Shown here one piece after another: positions 46,955 through 56,396 of a stretch of 64,000 nucleotides of DNA. How positions within the stretch are numbered: position 1 is the stretch's first letter; every line of letters starts with the position of its first letter. The notes beneath the pieces are model-generated. The model was given only the letters and a program-made list of their open reading frames with translations. It made no database searches and was not told the origin of the DNA. Origin of the DNA: an uncultured Alphaproteobacteria bacterium (GTDB lineage Bacteria > Pseudomonadota > Alphaproteobacteria > Rs-D84); assembly GCA_946613195.1 (NCBI GenBank), contig CAMOFE010000001.1:8151-72150 (forward strand), in the 5' to 3' direction. The position numbers were made by a program, and so were the translations under genes.

Positions 46955-47581
46955 ATGAAAACACTAGATAAAATTCGCAAGTGGTTTGCGGGGCTGAATA
47001 TTGCGCGCATAAAAAAAGTTTTTTATATCGCGTGTATGGCGATAATGGTGCTGTGGGTTATATACAGATTTGTGTCTGTCGCACTGGAAAGTCGGCGTGA
47101 TGTGTTTAATACTGCGCGTGATGCGGCGGTAAATGGTGTGCCAGTGCATGTTATTGAAATGCATAAAACAAATGGCGTATTGCGTGAACCTGTGTTTGTA
47201 ACACATAATCGTATTTATGTATCTGGGGCGCGTATAAACTTGTTCCGTACTGGTATGCGTGTGGGCGAAGGTGAAGTTGTATCTGTATCGCATAATATTG
47301 ATTATGATACAGGTATGCATATTGTAACAACACGTGGTGTGGGGGACGGTGCGAACTTTGCCGAATATTCTGCAAACGGATTTTTTGTGCCAGTTTATGC
47401 AATATCAGATGGTGCTGTGTTTGTTGTTAGTGGTGAACACGCATCGCGTCGTGATATATCTGTATCGCGTATGGATTCTGAAAACGCACTGGTATCCCAG
47501 GGGTTGTCGGATGGCGATATGGTGATTTTATCACATATCACAGACGGCGAAAAAGTCAGTATTAAAATTACAGAAAAATAA
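46955..47581 (+). CDS. Short membrane-anchored periplasmic adaptor-like protein (truncated MFP/HlyD-like?)
   Basis: 208 aa with an N-terminal TM then beta-rich domains, in the adaptor position between OMF and RND genes. About 150 aa shorter than canonical MFPs. Confidence 0.4.
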   Translation: MKTLDKIRKWFAGLNIARIKKVFYIACMAIMVLWVIYRFVSVALESRRDVFNTARDAAVNGVPVHVIEMHKTNGVLREPVFVTHNRIYVSGARINLFRTGMRVGEGEVVSVSHNIDYDTGMHIVTTRGVGDGANFAEYSANGFFVPVYAISDGAVFVVSGEHASRRDISVSRMDSENALVSQGLSDGDMVILSHITDGEKVSIKITEK

Positions 47582-47582
47582 T

Positions 47583-50500
47583 TTGTGGGGGGATTTTGTT
47601 ATGTTAAAGTTTTTTGTTCGCAGACCTGTTACAACAATAATGTTTGTTTTGGTATGGGTTGTGTTGGGCTTGGTGTCCATTCCAAAAATGAATATTGAAC
47701 GCACACCGTCCTTGGATTTTCCAATGGTAACTGTTCGGTTTATATATCCCGGCGCATCCAGTGAAGAAATAGAATCCCAGGTTATTAAAAAAGCCGAAGA
47801 TGCCGTATCCGAAGTCCCAGAATTAAAACACATAACATCCCGTATTTTTGAGAATGGCGGATATATTATGACTGAATTCAACCTGGGGGTTGATGCAAAT
47901 GATAAAGCATCCGAAGTCAAATCAAAAATAGATGCATTAGCATCTGAATTCCCAGATGAATTAAAGCAGCCTGTGGTTGAAAAATTAAACCCATTGCAAG
48001 AATCTGTGGTAGATATTGTTTTGCGCGGTGCAGATGCACGCGATTTGGAAAAATATGTTGATGATGTATTGTCTAATAAAATTACTGCAATTCCAGGTGT
48101 AGCCAAGGTATCAACATTTGGTGGACGCAATCGTGCAATTCGTGTTGCGATGAATCCTGACTTAATGGCGGCACGTGGTGTTACGATAATGGATGTTGTA
48201 TCGGCATTGGGTAATAAAAATCTGAATGTGCCAGGTGGTAAATTGGAATATGGAACAACATCTGAAAACGTGCGATTTATTGGTGAATTTGCATCTGTGG
48301 ACGAAATAAGTCAATTACGAATCACAACAGCCGAAGGGCAAAATTTTAGATTGTCAGATATCGCATCTGTATCTGATGGTGCGCGTGATATTGAAACAGG
48401 CGCATTGTACAGTGGCGAATCGGTTGTTATCGCATCTGTGGAAAAAGCATCAGATGGCAACGCAATTAAAATTTCGCGTGAATTGCGTAAACACCTGGGG
48501 GAATATCAATCAGATATGCAATCGCGATTCCCAGATGCAACAATGACAATCGCAACAGATTCATCGGTTACCGTTATGGACGAAACACTGGATACCATGT
48601 GGGGTATTATACTGGGGATTGTGTTCACAGTATTGGTCTTGTTGGCGTTTACGCGTAATTGGCGTTCAACAATTATCGCAGGTGTTGTGATTCCTGCATC
48701 ATTATTGGCTGGATTTACATTTATGTCCGCCAGTGGATTTACCATAAATGTTATGACACTGTTGGCATATTCATCTGCATTGGGGACATTGGTTGCGAAT
48801 GCTATTATTTTGATAGAGGCCGCCCTGCAAGAATTGCGTGCAGGTAAATCACCCGAAGATGCTGCAATTGATGGAACTAAAAAAGTCGCTGTATCTGTAT
48901 TGGCGGGCGTTGGAACAAATGTTGTGGTGTTCTTGCCACTGGCGTTTATGGGCGGAATCGTCGGTATGTTTATGGTGCAATTTGGTCTGACGGTTGTGTA
49001 TTTAACATTGTTATCATTGGTATTCTCGTTCACTTTAACGCCAATGATGATTGCAAAAATATTGCGTTTGACCCCAGGTGATAAAAAAGCCGCAAAACCG
49101 TCTGTTCAGAAAAAACGCAGTACAGGTTGGATGCGAAAAATATTCGTATCCCAGGTGCGACATCCAGGTCGCTTTGCGATTACGGCGGTGGTTGCGCTGG
49201 TTGCATCAACAATGTTGATGCGGTTTGTTGGAAATGAATTCTCGCCATCAACAGATGCAAATGAAATAAATATTACTGCGCGTGCACCAGTTGGCGCAAC
49301 ATATGAAAAATCTGAATCTATTGCGCGACAAATAGAAAAAAATATTTCTGATATACCCGAAGTTTTGGCAACCACAGTCAAAATCGGCGACCAAGGATTA
49401 CAGAATATATCGGTCAAAGTAACATTGGTTGATAATTCTGAACGCGGTAAATCTGATAAACGTTTGGCCCAGGAAATGTTGCCACGTCTGGCGGTGATTC
49501 CAGATGCAGAAATTCAGATTCGTGCAGGTCAAGCAATGGGTTCTGTATCATCTGATATGGTTCTGAATATATATGGTCCAGATGATGCAGTGCGTGAAAA
49601 GTACGCAAATGATATTATCGCAATGGCAAATCAAATAACCGCAGTGCAAAGTGCTGTTCTGGCGCAACAGGTGGCTGGTAATGAAATTAAATTTATCCCA
49701 GATGCGGAAAAAATGAATTTCTGGGGTATAAAAAATTCGTATGCTGGGGCAACTTTGCGTGCAGCGTTGTACGGGAACGATGATTACAAATATAAAGAAA
49801 ATGGCGATGAATATCCGATTATATTGGAATATGACAGCGCATTCCAAAACCATGCAATGTTTGATATGGTTTATGTAAATTCACCAAAAGGGATGGTGCC
49901 ACTGTCCAGCCTGGGTGAAATACAGACTGCGCGTGCAACCCCTGATATTCGCCGTTTGGACAAAAGTCGTATTACAGAAATTGATATCAATATTGGTAAG
50001 TCAACATTGGGACCGGTGCAAGCAAAAATAGAATCTGGTCTGAAAAAAATGGATTGGCAACCTGGGTATCATTATGAATTTGGTGGAATGTCAGAAACAC
50101 AATCAGAATCCACAGGCGAAATCGGCAGCGCATTCTTGTTGGCGACAATATTGACATTTATGTTGTTGGCGGCAATTCTGAATTCGTTTACCCATCCATT
50201 AACAATCGCAACATCAATTATAACCAGTTTCTTTGGTGTGTTTATAATGCTGTTCTTGTCAGGTGCATCAATGAATGTTGGTGCGATGGTGGCGTTTGTT
50301 ATGTTGGTGGGCTTGGTTGTGAATAACAGTATTCTGGTACTGGAACCTGCGTTGGCGCGTGTTCGCCGTGGCGAAGATAAAACAGACGCGATATGGGCAG
50401 AATTAACATCGCGTCGTTCAATGGTAATGATGACATCTATCGCCATTGTAACAGGTATGTTGCCCCAGTTGTGGAGTACCAATGGTATGAAAGCCGCCAT

Positions 50501-50612
50501 GGCGGCGGTAATGATTGGCGGTATGTTGGCCAGTATGCTGTTCACATTTATGTTGACCCCGGCTTTGTTCTTTTTGATGGAAAGTTTGCGGGGCAGGGTA
50601 AAGAAAAAGTGA
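47583..50612 (+). CDS. RND-family efflux transporter (AcrB/HAE1-like)
   Basis: ~1000 aa, 12 TM in a 1+5/1+5 topology with two large periplasmic loops. Typical AcrB N-terminus (MLKFFVRRPVTT..). The true start is probably the internal MLKFF. Confidence 0.9.
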   Translation: MWGDFVMLKFFVRRPVTTIMFVLVWVVLGLVSIPKMNIERTPSLDFPMVTVRFIYPGASSEEIESQVIKKAEDAVSEVPELKHITSRIFENGGYIMTEFNLGVDANDKASEVKSKIDALASEFPDELKQPVVEKLNPLQESVVDIVLRGADARDLEKYVDDVLSNKITAIPGVAKVSTFGGRNRAIRVAMNPDLMAARGVTIMDVVSALGNKNLNVPGGKLEYGTTSENVRFIGEFASVDEISQLRITTAEGQNFRLSDIASVSDGARDIETGALYSGESVVIASVEKASDGNAIKISRELRKHLGEYQSDMQSRFPDATMTIATDSSVTVMDETLDTMWGIILGIVFTVLVLLAFTRNWRSTIIAGVVIPASLLAGFTFMSASGFTINVMTLLAYSSALGTLVANAIILIEAALQELRAGKSPEDAAIDGTKKVAVSVLAGVGTNVVVFLPLAFMGGIVGMFMVQFGLTVVYLTLLSLVFSFTLTPMMIAKILRLTPGDKKAAKPSVQKKRSTGWMRKIFVSQVRHPGRFAITAVVALVASTMLMRFVGNEFSPSTDANEINITARAPVGATYEKSESIARQIEKNISDIPEVLATTVKIGDQGLQNISVKVTLVDNSERGKSDKRLAQEMLPRLAVIPDAEIQIRAGQAMGSVSSDMVLNIYGPDDAVREKYANDIIAMANQITAVQSAVLAQQVAGNEIKFIPDAEKMNFWGIKNSYAGATLRAALYGNDDYKYKENGDEYPIILEYDSAFQNHAMFDMVYVNSPKGMVPLSSLGEIQTARATPDIRRLDKSRITEIDINIGKSTLGPVQAKIESGLKKMDWQPGYHYEFGGMSETQSESTGEIGSAFLLATILTFMLLAAILNSFTHPLTIATSIITSFFGVFIMLFLSGASMNVGAMVAFVMLVGLVVNNSILVLEPALARVRRGEDKTDAIWAELTSRRSMVMMTSIAIVTGMLPQLWSTNGMKAAMAAVMIGGMLASMLFTFMLTPALFFLMESLRGRVKKK

Positions 50613-50701
50613 ATAGTGAACAGTGAATAGTGTTTGTGCGCCGACATTTTATCGGCGCAACATTCATTTATTATTCACTATTAACTGTTCACTATTCACT
50701 A
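50608..50701. repeat. Family A repeat variant with perfect terminal inverted repeats
   Basis: GTGAATAGTGAACAGTGAATAGTG..GCGCCGACATTTTATCGGCGC..CACTATTAACTGTTCACTATTCAC. The element begins inside/at the RND stop codon (AAGTGAATAG). Confidence 0.65.
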
Positions 50702-50703
50702 AA

Positions 50704-50732
50704 TAAAAATCGCCCAAATGGGCGATTTTTTA
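50704..50732. terminator. Bidirectional Rho-independent terminator
   Basis: AAAAATCGCCCAAATGGGCGATTTTTTAT between the RND gene and convergent pgsA. Confidence 0.6.
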
Positions 50733-51329
50733 TTTTATCTTTTTTATTTTTTCTGCAAATGTTCGTGTGTATTGGGTGGCAGACCATAAACTGAATACCA
50801 ATGATGCCCAGATACCAATAATTCCAATTTGGGATAATGAATTCATTATCAACAAATATGTACGCGAAATATTTGCAGGTGTGATAAATGTGCTGAATGC
50901 AAATAATCCCAGGAATGCGACTATTGTTAACATTTGACACGCGGTCTTAATCTTGCCCAGTGAAAAACGTGCATGTGGTACGGGCATCTCAATCTTTTGT
51001 GTGCCCAAGAATTCACGCAGACCGCTGACATACAATTCGCGTGAAATCATAATTATTGTTGGGACAATAATAAACCATGTCGGCATCATAATGCACAACA
51101 TAATCAATGTATTCGCGACCAAGAATTTATCGCCAATATGATCAATCACACCACCGATTTTTGTGCATACATTATATTTGCGTGCCAAGAATCCATCCAG
51201 CCAATCAGAAATTGCCGCCAATATAAATACAATAAACGCACACCAATACCAACGATACATCAATAATGGTATAATCGCAAACGATGCGAAAATGCGAAAA
51301 GCAGATAAAAAGTTTACAAAAAATTTCAT
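50730..51329 (-). CDS. pgsA: CDP-diacylglycerol--glycerol-3-phosphate 3-phosphatidyltransferase
   Basis: CDP-alcohol phosphatidyltransferase motif D(W)LDG..AR......G...D...DK. 199 aa. Adjacent to uvrC as in many proteobacteria. Confidence 0.85.
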   Translation of the reverse strand: MKFFVNFLSAFRIFASFAIIPLLMYRWYWCAFIVFILAAISDWLDGFLARKYNVCTKIGGVIDHIGDKFLVANTLIMLCIMMPTWFIIVPTIIMISRELYVSGLREFLGTQKIEMPVPHARFSLGKIKTACQMLTIVAFLGLFAFSTFITPANISRTYLLIMNSLSQIGIIGIWASLVFSLWSATQYTRTFAEKIKKIK

Positions 51330-51365
51330 AGTTAATACTCCTTTTTATATTATTTTTACGCCTAA

Positions 51366-52811
51366 TTATACCACGTCTGAATGGAAATATGCATATATTT
51401 TTTCTGCGGCGGCTTTACCCAGATTTGGAACCTGAATCAAACTGGCCAGGGGCGCATCCATAATTGCACGGACACTGCCATAATGATTTAACAGGGCGCG
51501 TTTGCGAACAGCACCGATGCCGTCAATTTCGTCCAATACAGATGCAGTCATTTGTTTTGCGCGCACTGTTCTGTGATATGTAATGACGAAACGGTGTGCT
51601 TCGTCACGGACGGCGCGCAACATTAAAAACAAAGGTGAATCTTTTGGCATATCGCGATATTCAGAACCATCTGGCATAATAAAGTGTTCATCGCCATTTC
51701 TGACTTCGCCCTTGGTAACACCAAATATTGGAATATGGGGTGCGGTTTCATGTGCGATATTCCATTGTGCCGGACCACCATCAACAATTATTAAATCCAG
51801 TTTTGGACCGCGTGAAATTGCACGTGATACAAATTCATTCATCATCGCAATATCATTCCCAGCGCGCGCCGAATCATTTAACTTGAAATGTCGGTACCCT
51901 GATTTATCAAATCCATTATGACCAAATGTTATCATGGCACCCACAGGACTGCGACCGAACAGGTGAGAATTATCAAACACGCCTGCTAAATTTATTTTAA
52001 TGCCTAATAATTTTTCTAAATCTGATACATTTTTATCCCAATCAAAATTCGTGCTATACAGCGGTTTTGCCTGTATACCGCGATTTGATGTGTGTGTTAA
52101 TGCCGCAATTTTATCACGGTAAATTGCAGCCATCTCAAAATCCATTTTGTCGGATGCGCGTTTCATTGCATCAGATAAATCTGTAATAATTGGTTCGCTG
52201 TCGCCACGCAATATACGTCGTGCCAAATGTACATTTTCAGAATAGTGTTTCTGGGGCAGTGTACATGGCGCACTGCATCGGCCGATTTGATATAATAAAC
52301 ACGGGCGCGTACGATTGTTCATAAATGTGTCTGTACAGGTCCGAATCTGGCATACCTTTTGTATTGTTTTAATTGTTTCATTTAATGCGGTAACAGATGG
52401 ATATGGACCGAATACATCGCGTCGTTGGGAAATCTTTCCGCGAAATTTTAATAATCGTGGAAATTCATGATTAGTCAGTGCAATCATCGGATACATTTTC
52501 CCATCGGTCAGCATTATGTTGTATTTTGGCTTTAATGTTTTTATCAGTTCTTGTTCGCGAACCAATGCATCCGATTCGGTTGGGGTAACTTCCCATTCAA
52601 CGCGGGTAACCAGCGTGCGCATAACCTGTTTATGTGTTTCCAGTTTTGACACATCTGTATATTGTTTCAGACGATTAAACAGATTCTTGGCCTTGCCCAC
52701 GTACAGCAACGCACCACCCGCATCATACATCTTGTAAATGCCGGGTGCTTTGGGACTATTTTCAATCAAATCAGAAAATTGAATATTCATAACCTTTATG
52801 ATAGAATACAA
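51366..52811 (-). CDS. uvrC: Excinuclease ABC subunit C (compact form)
   Basis: N-terminal GIY-YIG (PGIYKMYDAGGALLYVGKAKNL..R), C-terminal RNase H-like domain and (HhH)2 (GIGAVRKRALLNHYGS). Only 481 aa. Confidence 0.8.
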   Translation of the reverse strand: MYSIIKVMNIQFSDLIENSPKAPGIYKMYDAGGALLYVGKAKNLFNRLKQYTDVSKLETHKQVMRTLVTRVEWEVTPTESDALVREQELIKTLKPKYNIMLTDGKMYPMIALTNHEFPRLLKFRGKISQRRDVFGPYPSVTALNETIKTIQKVCQIRTCTDTFMNNRTRPCLLYQIGRCSAPCTLPQKHYSENVHLARRILRGDSEPIITDLSDAMKRASDKMDFEMAAIYRDKIAALTHTSNRGIQAKPLYSTNFDWDKNVSDLEKLLGIKINLAGVFDNSHLFGRSPVGAMITFGHNGFDKSGYRHFKLNDSARAGNDIAMMNEFVSRAISRGPKLDLIIVDGGPAQWNIAHETAPHIPIFGVTKGEVRNGDEHFIMPDGSEYRDMPKDSPLFLMLRAVRDEAHRFVITYHRTVRAKQMTASVLDEIDGIGAVRKRALLNHYGSVRAIMDAPLASLIQVPNLGKAAAEKIYAYFHSDVV

Positions 52812-52832
52812 TTATGTAAATAGCAAATAAAG

Positions 52833-53306
52833 GTGTGTGCAATGAAACAAGAATCTGGACGCTCTATGATTGAAATGATGGGCGTGTTGGCAATTATGGG
52901 GGTTATCACGGTTGGGGCGACATTGTTGATATCAACAGCAATGCGCACACAAAAACGCAGCCAAGTTAACGATGAAATTATTCAACTGGTTGTCGGTGTG
53001 CGCCAATTATTGGGCGAATATGACGATTATTCGCATATTAACAACAGCACTATATTTGGTGCGATTGGTATGTCGGATAAAAACCCATATGGCGGAACGT
53101 ATGAAATTTCTGTAAATCCGTCAAATACGCGCCAGTTCGTGATTTCTATCAATGGTTTGCCAAAATCTGATTGCGAATATTTAATCACACGCGCATGGTC
53201 TGATTCTGTGGGATATACTGTGTCTGGCGGACGTGAAGGCGGTGCAACCGGCAATTGTGGTGATACAGACGCACGAAATTCTGTTCAGATAATATATGGT
53301 GAATAA
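52833..53306 (+). CDS. Type IV pilin (class III signal peptide; prepilin)
   Basis: ..KQESG|RSMIEMMGVLAIMGVITVGATLLI. Gly at -1, Glu at +5, ~20-residue hydrophobic helix, and a C-terminal Cys pair (SDCEYL...GNCGD) for the D-region disulfide. 157 aa. Confidence 0.65.
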   Translation: MCAMKQESGRSMIEMMGVLAIMGVITVGATLLISTAMRTQKRSQVNDEIIQLVVGVRQLLGEYDDYSHINNSTIFGAIGMSDKNPYGGTYEISVNPSNTRQFVISINGLPKSDCEYLITRAWSDSVGYTVSGGREGGATGNCGDTDARNSVQIIYGE

Positions 53307-53324
53307 TGCTATGGGTGGTGCAAT

Positions 53325-54296
53325 ATGGCCGCACAAATAATAGAAGTTCCAAAAACCGAAGACGGAACACGATTGTTGCGTTGGTTCTTGCGACGTTTTC
53401 CATCAATGCCCCAGCGTGAATTTTATAAACTGTGTCGTGGTGGACAAATTCGCGTAAATTCGTCGCGTTGCGCAGGAATGGAAATTTTACGTGCTGGCGA
53501 TCATGTACGCATTCCACCAACAATTGCCAGTTATGCAGTACCAGCCGTAAAAAAAACAGAATCTGGGGATGCATATTCACTGACGGATTTAGAAATATTG
53601 CGTAAATGTATTATTCATAATGATGATGACATTGTTGTATTTAATAAACCTGCTGGTATGGCGGTCCAAGGTGGCAGCGGAATTCGTAAATCAATTGATA
53701 AAATGGCATCTGCATTGTTCCCGTATGCCAAGGTGTCGTTGGTTCATCGTCTGGACAAGGATACCAGTGGTATATTGGTTGTTGCTAAAACACAACATTC
53801 TGCCCAGGTTTTATCATCTGCATTTCAGACCAAATCTGCACATAAAGAATATTTAGCGTTGTTAAAAGGTAATGTTCAATCGGCCAGTGGCACTATTGAT
53901 AATTATATGGTCAAGGGTATGATAACAGACAGTCCGATGCGTGCAAATGGTGGCGTTGGACAACGACCACAACGCGCAATTACAGATTATCGTGTTTTGG
54001 CGCATGCGGGTGGTTTAAGTTGGGTTTTGTTTTCGCCAAAAACTGGTCGTACGCACCAGTTACGCCTGCATAGCGCGTTTTCATTGAATGCGCCAATTGT
54101 TGGTGATACATTATATGGTGGTGAAATAAAAATGGATCCGATGATGGGGTCAATGCTGTCAACAAATAACTTGTATTTATTTGCATACAAGATAACATTT
54201 CGGCATCCGACAAGTGGAAAGTTGGTAACTTTTCGTGCAGATTTGCCAGATTTTATGCAGTCTGTGATAAAGTTTTTAGAATTTCCATTGCCATAA
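53325..54296 (+). CDS. 23S rRNA pseudouridine synthase, RluA/RluC-RluD family
   Basis: S4-like N-terminus, catalytic HRLDKDTSG motif. 323 aa. Confidence 0.85.
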   Translation: MAAQIIEVPKTEDGTRLLRWFLRRFPSMPQREFYKLCRGGQIRVNSSRCAGMEILRAGDHVRIPPTIASYAVPAVKKTESGDAYSLTDLEILRKCIIHNDDDIVVFNKPAGMAVQGGSGIRKSIDKMASALFPYAKVSLVHRLDKDTSGILVVAKTQHSAQVLSSAFQTKSAHKEYLALLKGNVQSASGTIDNYMVKGMITDSPMRANGGVGQRPQRAITDYRVLAHAGGLSWVLFSPKTGRTHQLRLHSAFSLNAPIVGDTLYGGEIKMDPMMGSMLSTNNLYLFAYKITFRHPTSGKLVTFRADLPDFMQSVIKFLEFPLP

Positions 54297-54305
54297 AGTT
54301 ATTAA

Positions 54306-56393
54306 ATGAAAAAACAAAAGAAAAAGTTTTTTACAGTATTTCGCATCGCCAGCATATTTTTGTTGGGGTTGTTGGTTGCAATAATTATTGCGTTTTGTCG
54401 GGTAAATCTTGAAACATTGCGTGGCAATGTTATAAAAATGATTCAGGATGCAACGAACACCCCAGTAGAAGTTGCAGGCGCTGTATCGTGGAAATTTTCA
54501 TTGCGTCCACAAATAGAGTTAAATGATGTGCGTGTGCCAAATTATGATTGGGCAAAATGCAAATATGCATTAACCGCAAAAAAAATAGATGTCAGATTAA
54601 ATTTAATTTCATTATTTCACAGCAGTCCGACAATACAAAATATTCGTGTATACGGCGCAAATGCCTGTATAGAACGAAATTCAGATGGCGTGTTGTCTGT
54701 AAAAAGAATATCACAAAACGATTCGGAAACGAATCAAGAATCGCGTTCTGAAACCCCGGATAAATATCTGTTTTCTGACCCTGGATTTGGCGGGTTAGAA
54801 ATTAAAAAGTTAACCGCAAAAATTTTCGGCGAATCGTATAGTCTGGCAGGTTTCCAAATACGTCATGCATCGCATACAGATGCGAATGAATATTCTGGGT
54901 GGATTAAGTTTAATACGGATGTTTTCCCGTTCATATTTTCTTATTCAGAATATGATGCAGAACGCAATGTGTATCCGATTCGTTTGGCGGTGTCTATGGG
55001 TGGGGATGCGTTAATTGCTGATTTGTTTGTTCATAATACAGATACACCGATTGTTGATTTTAATGCATCTGGTGATGTTTCTGATATAACAACATTGGGG
55101 CGCGTATTTGGTGTTGATATGCCGACAATGCAAAAAATAAGTATTAATCTGAATGGTACATTAAGTCGTGATAGGGTTGTGTTTAATAAATCTGTTATAA
55201 ATGCACGTGGAACAGAATTAAACTTTTCTTGTAATTATAATTGGGCAAAAAACAAAATTAAATTACAATTAAACGCCCAAAAAATTACATTATACGAATT
55301 GTTGCCAGAATTATTTGTGCCGTCTGGGCCTGTACAAAATCGTGAATTAAATGTGTTTCATGATATGCCATTGTATGGTGATGTGTTGCGCAATATGAAT
55401 GTGGATGTTGATGCACAAATAAAACGACTGGTTATGTATCGCAATTTGCGGTTAGATAATACAAATCTGAAATTAAAGTTATCAGATGCACACGGGCGTT
55501 TAGATTTGCGTTCTGGAATTGCAGATGGTGATATTCGTATTGCTGCCGATATTGATATTGATGCAGATGGTGTTTTACATATAGTCGCAGGTGGTGTAGG
55601 GCAAAGAATAACGGTTGGTACAATTTTAAGTCAAATAAACATTCGTGATTTTATATCTGGGTTACCTGTGAATTTGGAATTTTATTTACGCGGTTCAGGA
55701 CGTGATATACGCGAATTGATGCATACGGTAAATGGTCCTGTACAGATGTTTTCGGTTGATTCGGGTTATGCACATTCGCAACTGGTTGCAAATATATATG
55801 GCACAGATTTTTTAACATCACTGCGACATGGAATCCAAGATTTGTTCCGTTCAGAAAAGAAACATAATCAAATGAAGATATCTTGTGTGGCTGTAAACAC
55901 TAAATTGCGTGATGGATTTTTAGATACAGACAACGGTATTGCCGCAGAAACAGCAGCGATAAATGTTGGTCTGTCCGGCGATTTAGATTTAGGCGCAGAA
56001 AAAATTAACATGGCATTAAATACAGTGCCTGTACGCGGAATAAAATTGTCTTTGACAGGTAATGTTGTAAATTCTATCAGTATCAGTGGCAATCTGGCAG
56101 AACCAGATGTTAAAATCAGTGGTGCTGCCGTTGCGGGCAAGGTTGCATCGGCCACAGGGTTTGGTTTATTATTGGCACCATTAACTGGTGGACTGGGGTT
56201 GGTTGCGGGCGCAGGTGTCGGTTTGTTGGCGGGGGATTTGCTGGAAAATTGGTTGGCGGATGGCAAACCGTGTGAAACAGCTATGCGTCGTGGTGCGCCA
56301 CATCGCCGGCACGATCCAGAATGGTTTGATACGCCAATAGAAGAATTAATAGGCGCGATTTTTAATCCCGAAACAAATGAAGTAAAGGAGTAA
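54306..56393 (+). CDS. AsmA-family envelope protein
   Basis: N-terminal TM anchor, ~700-aa periplasmic beta-rich body, AsmA-like C-terminal region. Annotation by architecture only. Confidence 0.55.
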   Translation: MKKQKKKFFTVFRIASIFLLGLLVAIIIAFCRVNLETLRGNVIKMIQDATNTPVEVAGAVSWKFSLRPQIELNDVRVPNYDWAKCKYALTAKKIDVRLNLISLFHSSPTIQNIRVYGANACIERNSDGVLSVKRISQNDSETNQESRSETPDKYLFSDPGFGGLEIKKLTAKIFGESYSLAGFQIRHASHTDANEYSGWIKFNTDVFPFIFSYSEYDAERNVYPIRLAVSMGGDALIADLFVHNTDTPIVDFNASGDVSDITTLGRVFGVDMPTMQKISINLNGTLSRDRVVFNKSVINARGTELNFSCNYNWAKNKIKLQLNAQKITLYELLPELFVPSGPVQNRELNVFHDMPLYGDVLRNMNVDVDAQIKRLVMYRNLRLDNTNLKLKLSDAHGRLDLRSGIADGDIRIAADIDIDADGVLHIVAGGVGQRITVGTILSQINIRDFISGLPVNLEFYLRGSGRDIRELMHTVNGPVQMFSVDSGYAHSQLVANIYGTDFLTSLRHGIQDLFRSEKKHNQMKISCVAVNTKLRDGFLDTDNGIAAETAAINVGLSGDLDLGAEKINMALNTVPVRGIKLSLTGNVVNSISISGNLAEPDVKISGAAVAGKVASATGFGLLLAPLTGGLGLVAGAGVGLLAGDLLENWLADGKPCETAMRRGAPHRRHDPEWFDTPIEELIGAIFNPETNEVKE

Positions 56394-56396
56394 AAA

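Noticed and set aside
51366-52811. UvrC is only 481 aa (typical ~600), so it could be a pseudogene
   Set aside because: The frame is intact, and both the N-terminal GIY-YIG and the C-terminal endonuclease + (HhH)2 domains are present. This more likely a compact ortholog than a decayed gene, although a missing UvrB-interaction region is possible.
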